Shown: one piece after another, positions 1-8,009 of the stretch | Numbering within the stretch: position 1 is the stretch's first letter | Layout: every line of letters begins with the position of its first letter | Source of the DNA: a virus | DNA length: 64,000 bases | Reading direction: 5' to 3' (one strand) | IMG/VR virus record: IMGVR_UViG_3300037608_000032 | Location: 1-64,000 of that record | Translations under genes and position numbers: made by a program | Notes under the pieces: generated by a model | Database searches by the model: none | What the model saw: the letters and a program-made list of their open reading frames with translations, nothing else | Told to the model about the DNA's origin: nothing

Positions 1-440
1 AGGTAAGCCCCCCAGAGGTTAGCTCCACGGAGGTTCGCCCCCCGGAGGTAAGCCCCCCAGAAGTAAGCCCCCCGGAGGTTAGCTCCACGGAGGTTCGCCT
101 CCGTGAGGTTCGCTCCCGTGAAGATAGCCATCTGTATGTCTCCACCAGTGAGATCCGCCCCCGAGAGGTCCGCCTCCGTGAAATCTGCCCATCGAAGGCT
201 TGCCCCCCGGAGGTCCGCCCCCCGGAGATCCGCGCCGGCCCTTACGATGCCCCCCCCCTCGGGTGGGGGGGCGACAGGGCGGGGGATGTCACTGATTCCG
301 TTTATGTCCTTTCCTCCAGTATCCCCGACGGGGGAGCCCTGGTTGGCCTTGAGCGCGCCTCTCCATCGAGAGGCCCTGGCGGCCCACGACTCGACGATGG
401 AGATGGCCTGGGCGCGAGATAGGGTTTGGTTCGCGTTCAC
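1..440 (-). CDS. pentapeptide-repeat protein (runs off window start)
   Basis: Not in ORF track. GTG at 440 overlaps the TGA of the upstream gene; reads ...ADLRG ADLRG ASLRW ADFTE ADLSG ADLTG...ANLTE ANLRG ANLRG AYFWG AYLRG. Confidence 0.9.
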   Translation of the reverse strand, partial: MNANQTLSRAQAISIVESWAARASRWRGALKANQGSPVGDTGGKDINGISDIPRPVAPPPEGGGIVRAGADLRGADLRGASLRWADFTEADLSGADLTGGDIQMAIFTGANLTEANLRGANLRGAYFWGAYLRGANLRGANLWGAY

Positions 441-646
441 TTTGCCTCTCCCGAGATCCATGCCGATAGGTCCGTGTCGCGGATCCAAGCCCGGCCCTCC
501 TCAACGTTTTTCTCGCGATCCCACAGGCTCACGAGGAAGCTCCCGTCGTCCCTCTCCCACGGGCTCGTTCCGGGGAGAATGCGGGCCTCGATGTCTCCGG
601 CAACTCTCCCGCCGCTGCTGAAGTACTGTTTGATCCTGTTTTCCAT
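437..646 (-). CDS. hypothetical protein (69 aa)
   Basis: GGAG RBS before ATG; coupled to the next gene. Confidence 0.7.
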   Translation of the reverse strand: MENRIKQYFSSGGRVAGDIEARILPGTSPWERDDGSFLVSLWDREKNVEEGRAWIRDTDLSAWISGEAK

Positions 647-736
647 TGTTTCTCCTTCCCCGGCTACCGGCTGGGGCGGTGTGGAGGGGGTAGTCCCTCT
701 TGTCTCCCCTCGACTCGCGAGGGGAGAGAGGAGGGG

Positions 737-925
737 CTACTCCAGCCCCGCCTCGCGGGCCGCATCGATGAGGTGGGGTTCGATGGCGTCATAGCCGCCA
801 AGGTCGTCCCAGTCGCCGTTGCACTCCACGGCGAGGAGACCCTCGATGCCGGCCTCCATGCCACTATCACGGCAAATGGAGATGTAGACAAATACTTCTT
901 CTCGGGCTGCGAGAATTGTTTTCAT
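737..925 (-). CDS. hypothetical acidic protein (62 aa)
   Basis: AAGGAG RBS; first gene after the promoter at 978-1006. Confidence 0.7.
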   Translation of the reverse strand: MKTILAAREEVFVYISICRDSGMEAGIEGLLAVECNGDWDDLGGYDAIEPHLIDAAREAGLE

Positions 926-953
926 GGGATGCTCCTTACTGGGTGGGGACTCA

Positions 954-1006
954 ATGTAAGCAACTGCTTACCATCTAAAGATAAGCACGATCCGGTTAGA
1001 TTTCAA
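954..1006 (-). promoter_or_regulatory. early sigma70-type promoter with operator and 5' hairpin
   Basis: TTGAAA-17-TATCTT; TAAC-N9-CTTA across spacer; GTAAGC-AGTT-GCTTAC hairpin downstream. Confidence 0.7.
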
Positions 1007-1169
1007 CACCTGATTACACTTATTCCCAAGAATTCTTGTCTATCAACAAAGGTTCCTCCGCGCCTCCAGAACCTGGCAGGTTCCAGACCCACTTTCCTTA
1101 CCACTCCGTAGGGGGTAAACGTGGACGGACGGGCAGGGCTGCGAAGACGACTTGAATCTTGGTCCCGTG

Positions 1170-2252
1170 TCAATCCAGCCGAATTGGCATCACGATGAAC
1201 AGGCACTCGGTCTTGTCCTTGGGCCGAATGACGCACGGTCCGAGAGCTTCACCGAGCTCCATCGTCGCCACGCCGTCATCGAAGGCGTTCAGCGCGTCCA
1301 GCAGAAACGCGGCGTTAAGGCCCATGGTCGCGTCTTCCCCGGTCATCACCACGGGAACCGGGTGCGAGGCCTCGCCGTACTCGACAGACCTGGACGAGGC
1401 CAGAAGTTCCTCGCGGGTGAACTGAACTTTGATGGTCGACGACTTGTCTCGAGCCTCCAACGCCACGCGCTTGAGGGCTTCGACCAAGGCCACGCGGTCA
1501 ACTTCAACTCGGCGAAGGTGAGACTGTGGGAGTACCCGACGGTAGGGCGGGAACTCTCCGTCTACGAGACGGGCGTGGAGCTGGGCTCGGTCGGTCTTGA
1601 CCAGGATCATGTTGGACTTCCCGAACGAGATGGACGCGGGGACCTCGTCAGATCCTACCATCCGCTTGACCTCCTGGAGGGTCTTCCGGGAGACCAAGGT
1701 CTTCGGGGGGATCTTGAAGTCGCCCTGGAACTCGGCTTCGGAGTACGCCATCCGGGACCCGTCGGTACTGACCAGCCGGAGGTGCCCATCCTCGGCCTCA
1801 AAATGGCATCCGTTGATCCCGTATCGGTTGTCTTCGGCCGGGATGCAGAAGTAGACCTGGTCGATCAGGTGGACGAGGCCCTTGACGACCATGGTAGACC
1901 TGGCGACGAACGGAGGCAGCGCCGGGAAGTCCTTGGGATCCAGCCCGAAGGTCTTGAAGTGGGCTGGGCCACAGTCGATGACCATGCGGTAGTTGTCTTC
2001 CTGCTTGACATCAACCGTCCCTGACGGGAGCGATTTCACGACCTGGAAGAAGTGCCGGGCGTCCACCATGATCGACGAAGAATCGAGGCCCACCGTGGCC
2101 GCGCACTTCACGGCCATGGTGATTTCAGAATCGGTGGAGACCACCTCGATCTCGTGCTCGGTTACGCGAAGCAGGGTCTTGGCGTTTTTGCCAATGCCCT
2201 GAATCATGGCGAGCGCGACGACAATATCGGCCTGGGTACAAGTGAATTGCAT
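1170..2252 (-). CDS. dnaN: DNA polymerase III beta sliding clamp
   Basis: 360 aa; STDSEI, DFPALP, RYGING, VSTDGSRMA, LVDGEFPPYRRVLP, GLNAAFLLDAL and C-terminal IVMPIR typical of DnaN. Confidence 0.93.
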   Translation of the reverse strand: MQFTCTQADIVVALAMIQGIGKNAKTLLRVTEHEIEVVSTDSEITMAVKCAATVGLDSSSIMVDARHFFQVVKSLPSGTVDVKQEDNYRMVIDCGPAHFKTFGLDPKDFPALPPFVARSTMVVKGLVHLIDQVYFCIPAEDNRYGINGCHFEAEDGHLRLVSTDGSRMAYSEAEFQGDFKIPPKTLVSRKTLQEVKRMVGSDEVPASISFGKSNMILVKTDRAQLHARLVDGEFPPYRRVLPQSHLRRVEVDRVALVEALKRVALEARDKSSTIKVQFTREELLASSRSVEYGEASHPVPVVMTGEDATMGLNAAFLLDALNAFDDGVATMELGEALGPCVIRPKDKTECLFIVMPIRLD

Positions 2253-2325
2253 GATTTCTCCTCAAGAGAACCGGCTACCCTGAAGACAGGCGAAGAAGGA
2301 GAGAATGCCCGCCCCAGGGTGTCGG

Positions 2326-2643
2326 CTAGTTGGTTGCAGGTGTATAGTCTTTTCGATGAAGTCGAGCCCCGGTCTCGGGGTCAAAGACAATGATGACTCC
2401 GACGTCCAGGCAGAGCCACATCATGTAGCACCAGCTCGGAGGCGAGTGCTTCGACGAGCCAGTCTTCCACTGGCTTATGGATTGCGGGGGGACGCCGAGC
2501 ATGTCGGCGATGTCCTTGTGCGTCCGTTTGGTCTTGCCCTCTTCGGGGGGCAGGGCAAGCCAGAGCTCGACAAGCTGAGACCAGAGCGAGAAAAGGTTAG
2601 GGACAGCGCCGGGCTGGCAGGGGGCGGGCAGGATTCGAGGCAT
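2326..2643 (-). CDS. XRE/Cro-like HTH transcriptional regulator
   Basis: THKDIADMLGVPPQSISQWKTG...P...LCLDVGV; CAGGAG RBS. Confidence 0.8.
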   Translation of the reverse strand: MPRILPAPCQPGAVPNLFSLWSQLVELWLALPPEEGKTKRTHKDIADMLGVPPQSISQWKTGSSKHSPPSWCYMMWLCLDVGVIIVFDPETGARLHRKDYTPATN

Positions 2644-2677
2644 TGAGTTCTCCTGCCCCGTAGTAGCCTCTACCCGT

Positions 2678-3244
2678 CTACCCGAAAAGTGCAACCTGAC
2701 GAGGCGCGGGCTTCTTGCGCCAGTAGCCGAGATCCGTCAGCGCCTGGCGGTGCGCCTTAAGGTCTGCCACGTCGGCCTCGGTCAGGACCGCGAGCATGGC
2801 CTCACGCTGGCGCTTGTCTGCCACGGTGAACAGGCGCTCGATGGTCGCTTCAACGGACTGACGAGCCAGCGACGACCCGACGGACTCGTGAGACCCGAAC
2901 CCCTGGCAAGAGATAGTCACGAGCACCTTCTCGTCAGACGTGCCTTCGTGACCCCGTTTCTTGAACGACCGACGGTAGGTCTGCTGCACGGCCAGGGCTT
3001 GCCACCCGAGCCAGTTCGACAGAAGCTTCTCGGGGTTGCGGACTTCCGAGAACCGCTGAAACTTCGGGAACTGCTCTACGATCCGGGCGATGAAGTCCGA
3101 CCTGGCGTCCTCTCGGTCCGCCTCGTTCTCCATCTTGGCGAAGAACTTGTAAGCGAACCGGTCGATCTGCTTCTGGTGCGACAAGACGAAAGCCCATGCG
3201 TCGGCATGGTCGGGGGTGAGCTTGAGGGGGATCGATGGGGTCAT
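2678..3244 (-). CDS. ECF-type sigma-factor-like protein (region 2 present, region 4 truncated, C-terminal clamp-binding motif)
   Basis: QKQIDRFAYKFF..EADREDARSDFIARIVEQFPKF..LLSNWLGWQA..YRR matches the ECF sigma2 pattern; DKRQREAML resembles the start of region 4 with no HTH after it; ends QVALFG. Confidence 0.65.
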   Translation of the reverse strand: MTPSIPLKLTPDHADAWAFVLSHQKQIDRFAYKFFAKMENEADREDARSDFIARIVEQFPKFQRFSEVRNPEKLLSNWLGWQALAVQQTYRRSFKKRGHEGTSDEKVLVTISCQGFGSHESVGSSLARQSVEATIERLFTVADKRQREAMLAVLTEADVADLKAHRQALTDLGYWRKKPAPRQVALFG

Positions 3245-3702
3245 GCGAACCTCGGAGCAGGTTGGGCGGGGCGGGGGAAGATGTCGATGTCGGGCGGGCA
3301 CCCGTGGATGTCGGTCCAGAGTCTCGTCACGAAGCCCCGGACAACGCCGGAGACGTAGTGCCCGTCCAGCAGGAACCAGATGGCCGCCGACACGTTCCGG
3401 TCTTCGGCGTGGGCCTCGTAGAAGGCCCTGATAGTTAGGTTCAGGTGCGACCAGTTACCGGCCCATCGCCGGAGCTGGTGCGCGACGTTGACCGAGCACC
3501 CTTCGCCACCATGGAGCGCCGTGGTGAGCGCCTCGAACCGGACCTGAAGCGGCTCCCAGGGGAGCGCGCGCAGAGGGGCGAGCTCCAGGTGGAGTGCTAC
3601 CACCTCGGCGATGTCGAGGATCTCGGGCGGCGCGATTGACGCGGGGTGCGTAGGCCGTCGGCGGTTTCGGGGGTCGATCAAGGCTGGGCTCCTTCGGGGC
3701 AA
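3241..3702 (-). CDS. hypothetical protein
   Basis: Fills gap; ATGA overlap with the sigma-like gene; start uncertain. Confidence 0.6.
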   Translation of the reverse strand: MPRRSPALIDPRNRRRPTHPASIAPPEILDIAEVVALHLELAPLRALPWEPLQVRFEALTTALHGGEGCSVNVAHQLRRWAGNWSHLNLTIRAFYEAHAEDRNVSAAIWFLLDGHYVSGVVRGFVTRLWTDIHGCPPDIDIFPRPAQPAPRFA

Positions 3703-3764
3703 CTACACCCGACGAAGAGCCCCTAACCGGTAGCTGGTTAGGGGCAAGTGGAATCCGGTTACTT

Positions 3765-4895
3765 TCAGCGAGCTCGAAGGGATTCCTGCACCTTCCTGGC
3801 GATGTCCGACTGGAACCCGCCGATCTGGTTGGCGACTTCGAGCACCCGATCGTTACCGTCTGCCATGGCCCGGACTTCTCGGACCATCTGCGAGAGGGCG
3901 TTGTTGGCTTCGGCCAACTTCTGGACGTTGGCCAGCCCGGCGGCAGGGACGTTGCTCATCAGCTCGACAGCGGCGTCAAGCACCTTGAGGGCGTCCGCAA
4001 GCGCCGGGGCAACTGCCTTGCACACAAGAGCGTGAACGGCGGGGCGCTCTTCCGGCTTCTGCCAGAGGGCGTCGGTCAGCACCAGCAGGTCGTCGGTCGT
4101 CGCGAAGTCCCTGCCTGCCAGCGCGGCCATAGCCTGCACCAGCTTCGCGAGCTTGCAGAGCCGACGGTCGGAGACGTAGATCCCGAGCTCCGTCGCGATG
4201 GCGTCCTGGAGGTCCAGGAGCGCATCTTCGACGGTCTCGGGGATCGTGACCATGGAGACCGCTTCGCGAGCCGTCTCAAGGTCAGCATGGGTCAAGGTGA
4301 CCGACACGACGGGGCGGCCATGGGACCGAAGGAGCGCCTTCTTGGCGTCCCGGTCCTTGATGGGGTTAACCCACCGGCGCAACATGAACCGGTCATAGAG
4401 GGCATCCAGGGTGTTGTCGGCGGGGAGTTCGTTGCTGGCCCCGATGACGATCTCGAGGGGGCAAGTCTGGCGCGTGGTCCCGTTGTCGAAGGCCCGCTCG
4501 TTCAGGAGGGTCAACAGGGCATTCAGGATCGGCGACCCTGCCTTGAAGATCTCGTCCAAGAAGGCCACCTGAGCGGTGGGGAGGTAGCCCTCTGTCTTCC
4601 GCTCGTAGCGGTCTTCCTGGAGGCCCGTGATCGAGTAGGGCCCGAACAGCTCTTCGGGCATGGTAAATGCGGTCAGCAGGCGGTCGAAGGTCTTGGACCC
4701 GAGCGCACCTGAGACGGCGTTGGTGAGGGCACTCTTGCCCGTTCCTGGGAGCCCGAGAAGGAGGACGTGCTCGCGGGCCAGGAGAGCAACGCAGAGGACC
4801 GTGGCTTCGGCCTGGCGCTCGAAGAAGTTCTTCGAGATGTCGGCTCGAAGGTTGGCGACTTTGACGAGGGCTGCGGTCTGGGCGGGGGTGAACAT
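3765..4895 (-). CDS. MoxR/RavA-family AAA+ ATPase
   Basis: GLPGTGKS Walker A, PEELFGP, FLDEIFKA Walker B, LLNER, GASNELP, ALYDRF. Confidence 0.92.
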   Translation of the reverse strand: MFTPAQTAALVKVANLRADISKNFFERQAEATVLCVALLAREHVLLLGLPGTGKSALTNAVSGALGSKTFDRLLTAFTMPEELFGPYSITGLQEDRYERKTEGYLPTAQVAFLDEIFKAGSPILNALLTLLNERAFDNGTTRQTCPLEIVIGASNELPADNTLDALYDRFMLRRWVNPIKDRDAKKALLRSHGRPVVSVTLTHADLETAREAVSMVTIPETVEDALLDLQDAIATELGIYVSDRRLCKLAKLVQAMAALAGRDFATTDDLLVLTDALWQKPEERPAVHALVCKAVAPALADALKVLDAAVELMSNVPAAGLANVQKLAEANNALSQMVREVRAMADGNDRVLEVANQIGGFQSDIARKVQESLRAR

Positions 4896-4920
4896 CGGGG
4901 CTCCTTGCTGGGCGGGCGGG

Positions 4921-4978
4921 TCAAGAAGCAACTGCTCTTGATGTCATAAGTATAACTTGAATCACGTTAGACTGTCAA
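4921..4978 (-). promoter_or_regulatory. early sigma70-type promoter with operator and 5' hairpin
   Basis: TTGACA-18-TATACT; TAAC-gtgattcaa-GTTA; TCAAGAGC-AGTT-GCTTCTTGA hairpin. Confidence 0.85.
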
Positions 4979-5207
4979 CGGGTATCCAAGAAGATTCTCG
5001 CACCTGTAGCGATTTATTTTCATCGACCGGGAGCACCTCCGACACCGGGAAGGCCGTCCCAGCGTACCCAGGACGAAGCGCCTGCGAGTCGAGGAACACG
5101 CTGTAGACCTCGGGCTCGCGGTAGTCGGGCGGGGCCATGCGGACGTAGTTGATCGAGCCGGGCTGGCCCTTGGCTTGAACTCGGGCGCCGGGGAGAAGAT
5201 GAGACAC
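4962..5207 (-). CDS. hypothetical protein (81 aa)
   Basis: AGGAGG RBS before GTG. Confidence 0.7.
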   Translation of the reverse strand: MSHLLPGARVQAKGQPGSINYVRMAPPDYREPEVYSVFLDSQALRPGYAGTAFPVSEVLPVDENKSLQVRESSWIPVDSLT

Positions 5208-5215
5208 AGGACCTC

Positions 5216-6772
5216 CTACCGTCTGACAGGAATGACCTTGGACGCGGCCTTTTCCGCATCTTCGGCCTTGTCGATGTCTATCGATTCATCGCAGAAGCTC
5301 CGCACCGCCGGGGAGATGGACCCGCCACCTACCGTCATTCCGAAGACCCGCAGGCCGAGGGCCGCCTTGGCGGCCTTGACCATGTCGAGCACCTTCGGCG
5401 ATGCGTCAGCGCACCCGTCAGTGATGAAAAGCAAGTCCGCGCGGGGCTGGCTCTCCAGATACTCCAGGCCCCAGAACAAGGGCGCGTTGAAGTCCGTCCC
5501 GCCCCGTGCGTGCCGGGTGCAGAGTTCAAGGGCCAGGTCTATGACCTTGCCCCAAGGCTTCGCGGTCGCTCCCTTCGGCGATGTCGAGGGGAGGGTCTCA
5601 ACCTTGCCGTTGGTCCGGGCAATCCAGGCGTCAGAGATCCCGTGGTTGAACATGACCACGGCGACTTCGCGCTTCTCTTTCTGCCCGAGCTGGAGGCACG
5701 CGAGAATCGCGGCCTTTGCCCAGGTCTCGCCAGCGCCTTTCATGCTGCCCGACTCGTCAGCGAGGATGCAGATCGGGCCCTTGCCCTGCGGGGTCTTACC
5801 TTCGACCTTGTACTGGGGGAGGGACCTTTCAGCGAGGCCCTTCATGACGAGCACCTTCAGCGCCGGGTTGCCGAGCAATGCGAGCTGAGAGGGAAGCACG
5901 CGGGGAAGGTCGTTACCAAGCGTGACACCCGAGATGAGCCCGCAGGCGCGGGGGTCCTTGCGGGCCTCGGTGCGCTCGGCAAGGCGAACGAGCTTCCCGG
6001 CCTTGCGAAGGACCGCGCGAAGGTTCGGGTTGCGGAGCAAAGTCTGGGCAAGCTCCAACCGCCTGGAGTCCTTCTGCTCATGCGTCGGAGGCGCATAGGC
6101 GCTTCCAGGTGCGAGCGACTCCATGGCCTCGCGGGCTTCCGAGACCTGCTTCGATGCCCTGTCACAAGCGCCACGGAGAGCAGCTCGTAGCTGCTGACCG
6201 GCCTTGCCGAGTTGGTCAGAACGGCGCTGGCCTTGACCGTCGCCTTCTTCGTTGCCATCGCCGGGGGTGGGCTGGCCCTCACCAGCACCGGAGCCCTGGC
6301 CCGGCTGCTGGGCTTGCTGTTCGGCTTCCTGGTCCACCGACTTGAGAAGTTCGGGGAGCCTTCCGGCGATGGCGGAAAGAACCTCTTGCGCTGCCATCGC
6401 CGAGAAGTCGGGATCGCCCTTGACAGCCTCACGAAGAGACGACCACTCCGGCAGCTCGTCGGCGATGGCGTGCGCGGACGGTGCCCAGCCCTTCGCGTCA
6501 GCGACCTTCTCGGGGTCGTTGTACAACCGGGCGAAGGTCTCAGCTCCGAAGGTCTCGGAGTCGGTCTTGACCGCCTGCATGGCGGCCTCGCGCTCTTCCA
6601 CGGTCGCCAGTTTCCGCATGGTGGGGCGATGGTGCTCGCGCACCGCCTCCGCCACATGGGAGACCTGCGAGGCCATCGCCGGGAGCCGAGCGTCGAAGAG
6701 GAACCGCTCCCACCTGGACGGGGTGTAGGCCAGGTCGGTGGAAGCCTGAAAATGAAAGGCGGGGGCGCTCAC
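5216..6772 (-). CDS. VWA-domain protein (ViaA-like partner of MoxR ATPase)
   Basis: MIDAS motifs DESGSM, GGTDF, FITDG; GNDLPRVLPSQL; KGPICI. Confidence 0.9.
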   Translation of the reverse strand: MSAPAFHFQASTDLAYTPSRWERFLFDARLPAMASQVSHVAEAVREHHRPTMRKLATVEEREAAMQAVKTDSETFGAETFARLYNDPEKVADAKGWAPSAHAIADELPEWSSLREAVKGDPDFSAMAAQEVLSAIAGRLPELLKSVDQEAEQQAQQPGQGSGAGEGQPTPGDGNEEGDGQGQRRSDQLGKAGQQLRAALRGACDRASKQVSEAREAMESLAPGSAYAPPTHEQKDSRRLELAQTLLRNPNLRAVLRKAGKLVRLAERTEARKDPRACGLISGVTLGNDLPRVLPSQLALLGNPALKVLVMKGLAERSLPQYKVEGKTPQGKGPICILADESGSMKGAGETWAKAAILACLQLGQKEKREVAVVMFNHGISDAWIARTNGKVETLPSTSPKGATAKPWGKVIDLALELCTRHARGGTDFNAPLFWGLEYLESQPRADLLFITDGCADASPKVLDMVKAAKAALGLRVFGMTVGGGSISPAVRSFCDESIDIDKAEDAEKAASKVIPVRR

Positions 6773-7647
6773 TTCGACACCGCCAGGAGGCGCATGGCCT
6801 CGTCCTGGCACTCGGTGACCTTGGCTCGGAGGTCCTGCAACGAGACCTCGAGGGTCTTCTCGTAGAGGTCCGCGAGCCCGAGGAGGGTCGCGAGCTGGCC
6901 CAGGACGTTGGCCTGGGAGTCCGTGCGGATCTTTCTCGAAGTCGTCCGCCAGTCTTCGAGCTGCTTCTCGACATCGAGGAGCTGACCGAGGACGTGGTCT
7001 TGGACGCCAGCCCCGACGCCTTCGCGGCTATCCCCGTCGTTCTCCACCATGCAGAGGTGGAACTTGCACCCGCCCAACTGGCCCACGATCCTCTTGAGGC
7101 GCTTCACGATGTCCAGCGAGGCCAGCGGGGCGAAGTAGATCCCGCCCTGGCGACGGAGGGAGATAGCCGACGCGGCTTCGAGCTGAGGCACGAGCACCGA
7201 GGGACGAAGGAACCTGTGATCGAGGTACTTCAGGAAGTCGTCGGCCGACTTGATGAAGCCCTGGCCTACCTCGCTCGGGTACGCGTTGACCCACTCCCTG
7301 CTGACCGTGTCGTAGCACAGGGTCTCGGTCTGGCCCCACGCTACCTCACGAGACCCCTCCCGGCGATGCTGGAGGATACCGACGTACACCCTACCGCCGT
7401 CGATGGCCGTGACTTCGGCCTTGTAGCGGTCGTTGTTCCCGCGACCGGTAGCCCAATTCCCAGCGGCCTTGCGGATGGCCGACACGGGGTCGATGTCGGG
7501 GACCGAGATATCCGTGAGACCTTCGGACGCGAGCACGTCTCGAAGGTGCTCTGGCGTGACCTGGCTGGCATCAAGGTCCCACCAACAGAAGGTCCCCATG
7601 CGGGGGTCGATGGAGGTGACGTCGGGGGAGGTGGAAGTGAAGGGCAT
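6769..7647 (-). CDS. hypothetical protein of the type found beside phage/ICE MoxR-VWA pairs
   Basis: CAGGAG RBS; GTFCWWDL, LRRQGGIYFAP, C-terminal coiled coil; coupled to the VWA gene. Confidence 0.75.
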   Translation of the reverse strand: MPFTSTSPDVTSIDPRMGTFCWWDLDASQVTPEHLRDVLASEGLTDISVPDIDPVSAIRKAAGNWATGRGNNDRYKAEVTAIDGGRVYVGILQHRREGSREVAWGQTETLCYDTVSREWVNAYPSEVGQGFIKSADDFLKYLDHRFLRPSVLVPQLEAASAISLRRQGGIYFAPLASLDIVKRLKRIVGQLGGCKFHLCMVENDGDSREGVGAGVQDHVLGQLLDVEKQLEDWRTTSRKIRTDSQANVLGQLATLLGLADLYEKTLEVSLQDLRAKVTECQDEAMRLLAVSK

Positions 7648-7685
7648 GATGACTCCTGATAGGGGAAGGTGGTAGCAGGTGAGAG

Positions 7686-7925
7686 CTACTTGGTGACGAC
7701 CGTGCAACGGACGGTCTTGAAGGTGCCCTTGCCAGCCCCGCAGAAGACCTCGGTGCCGGGCTCGACATCGACGACGGCGTCGAGGACTTCGTCTCCCCGA
7801 ACACGGGGGATCGAGAGGAACCGAGCAGAGTCGCCAGAGCCGATGCGAGCCCACCAATTCGGCTTGCCATTGGCGTGGAATCCAGTGTTGCTCATGCGGG
7901 AGGTAGTGACGAGGTGGCTGGACAT
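7686..7925 (-). CDS. hypothetical protein (79 aa)
   Basis: AAGGAG RBS; first gene after promoter. Confidence 0.75.
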   Translation of the reverse strand: MSSHLVTTSRMSNTGFHANGKPNWWARIGSGDSARFLSIPRVRGDEVLDAVVDVEPGTEVFCGAGKGTFKTVRCTVVTK

Positions 7926-7950
7926 TTTAGGCTCCTTCGGGCTGGGGTTT

Positions 7951-8009
7951 CATGAAGAGCAACCGCTTTTCATGCTCTAACAGTAACACGATTCAGGTTA
8001 GCCTGTCAC
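7951..8009 (-). promoter_or_regulatory. early promoter with operator and 5' hairpin
   Basis: GTGACA-18-TACTGT; TAAC-ctgaatcgt-GTTA; CATGAAAAGC-GGTT-GCTCTTCATG hairpin. Confidence 0.75.

Noticed and set aside
1-240. 15-bp tandem repeats resembling a CRISPR array or iterons
   Set aside because: No unique spacers; explained by pentapeptide coding on the minus strand.
3718-3746. Hairpin GCCCCTAACC..GGTTAGGGGC as a terminator
   Set aside because: Poor U tract; the core matches the TAAC-N9-GTTA operator, although a dual role is possible.
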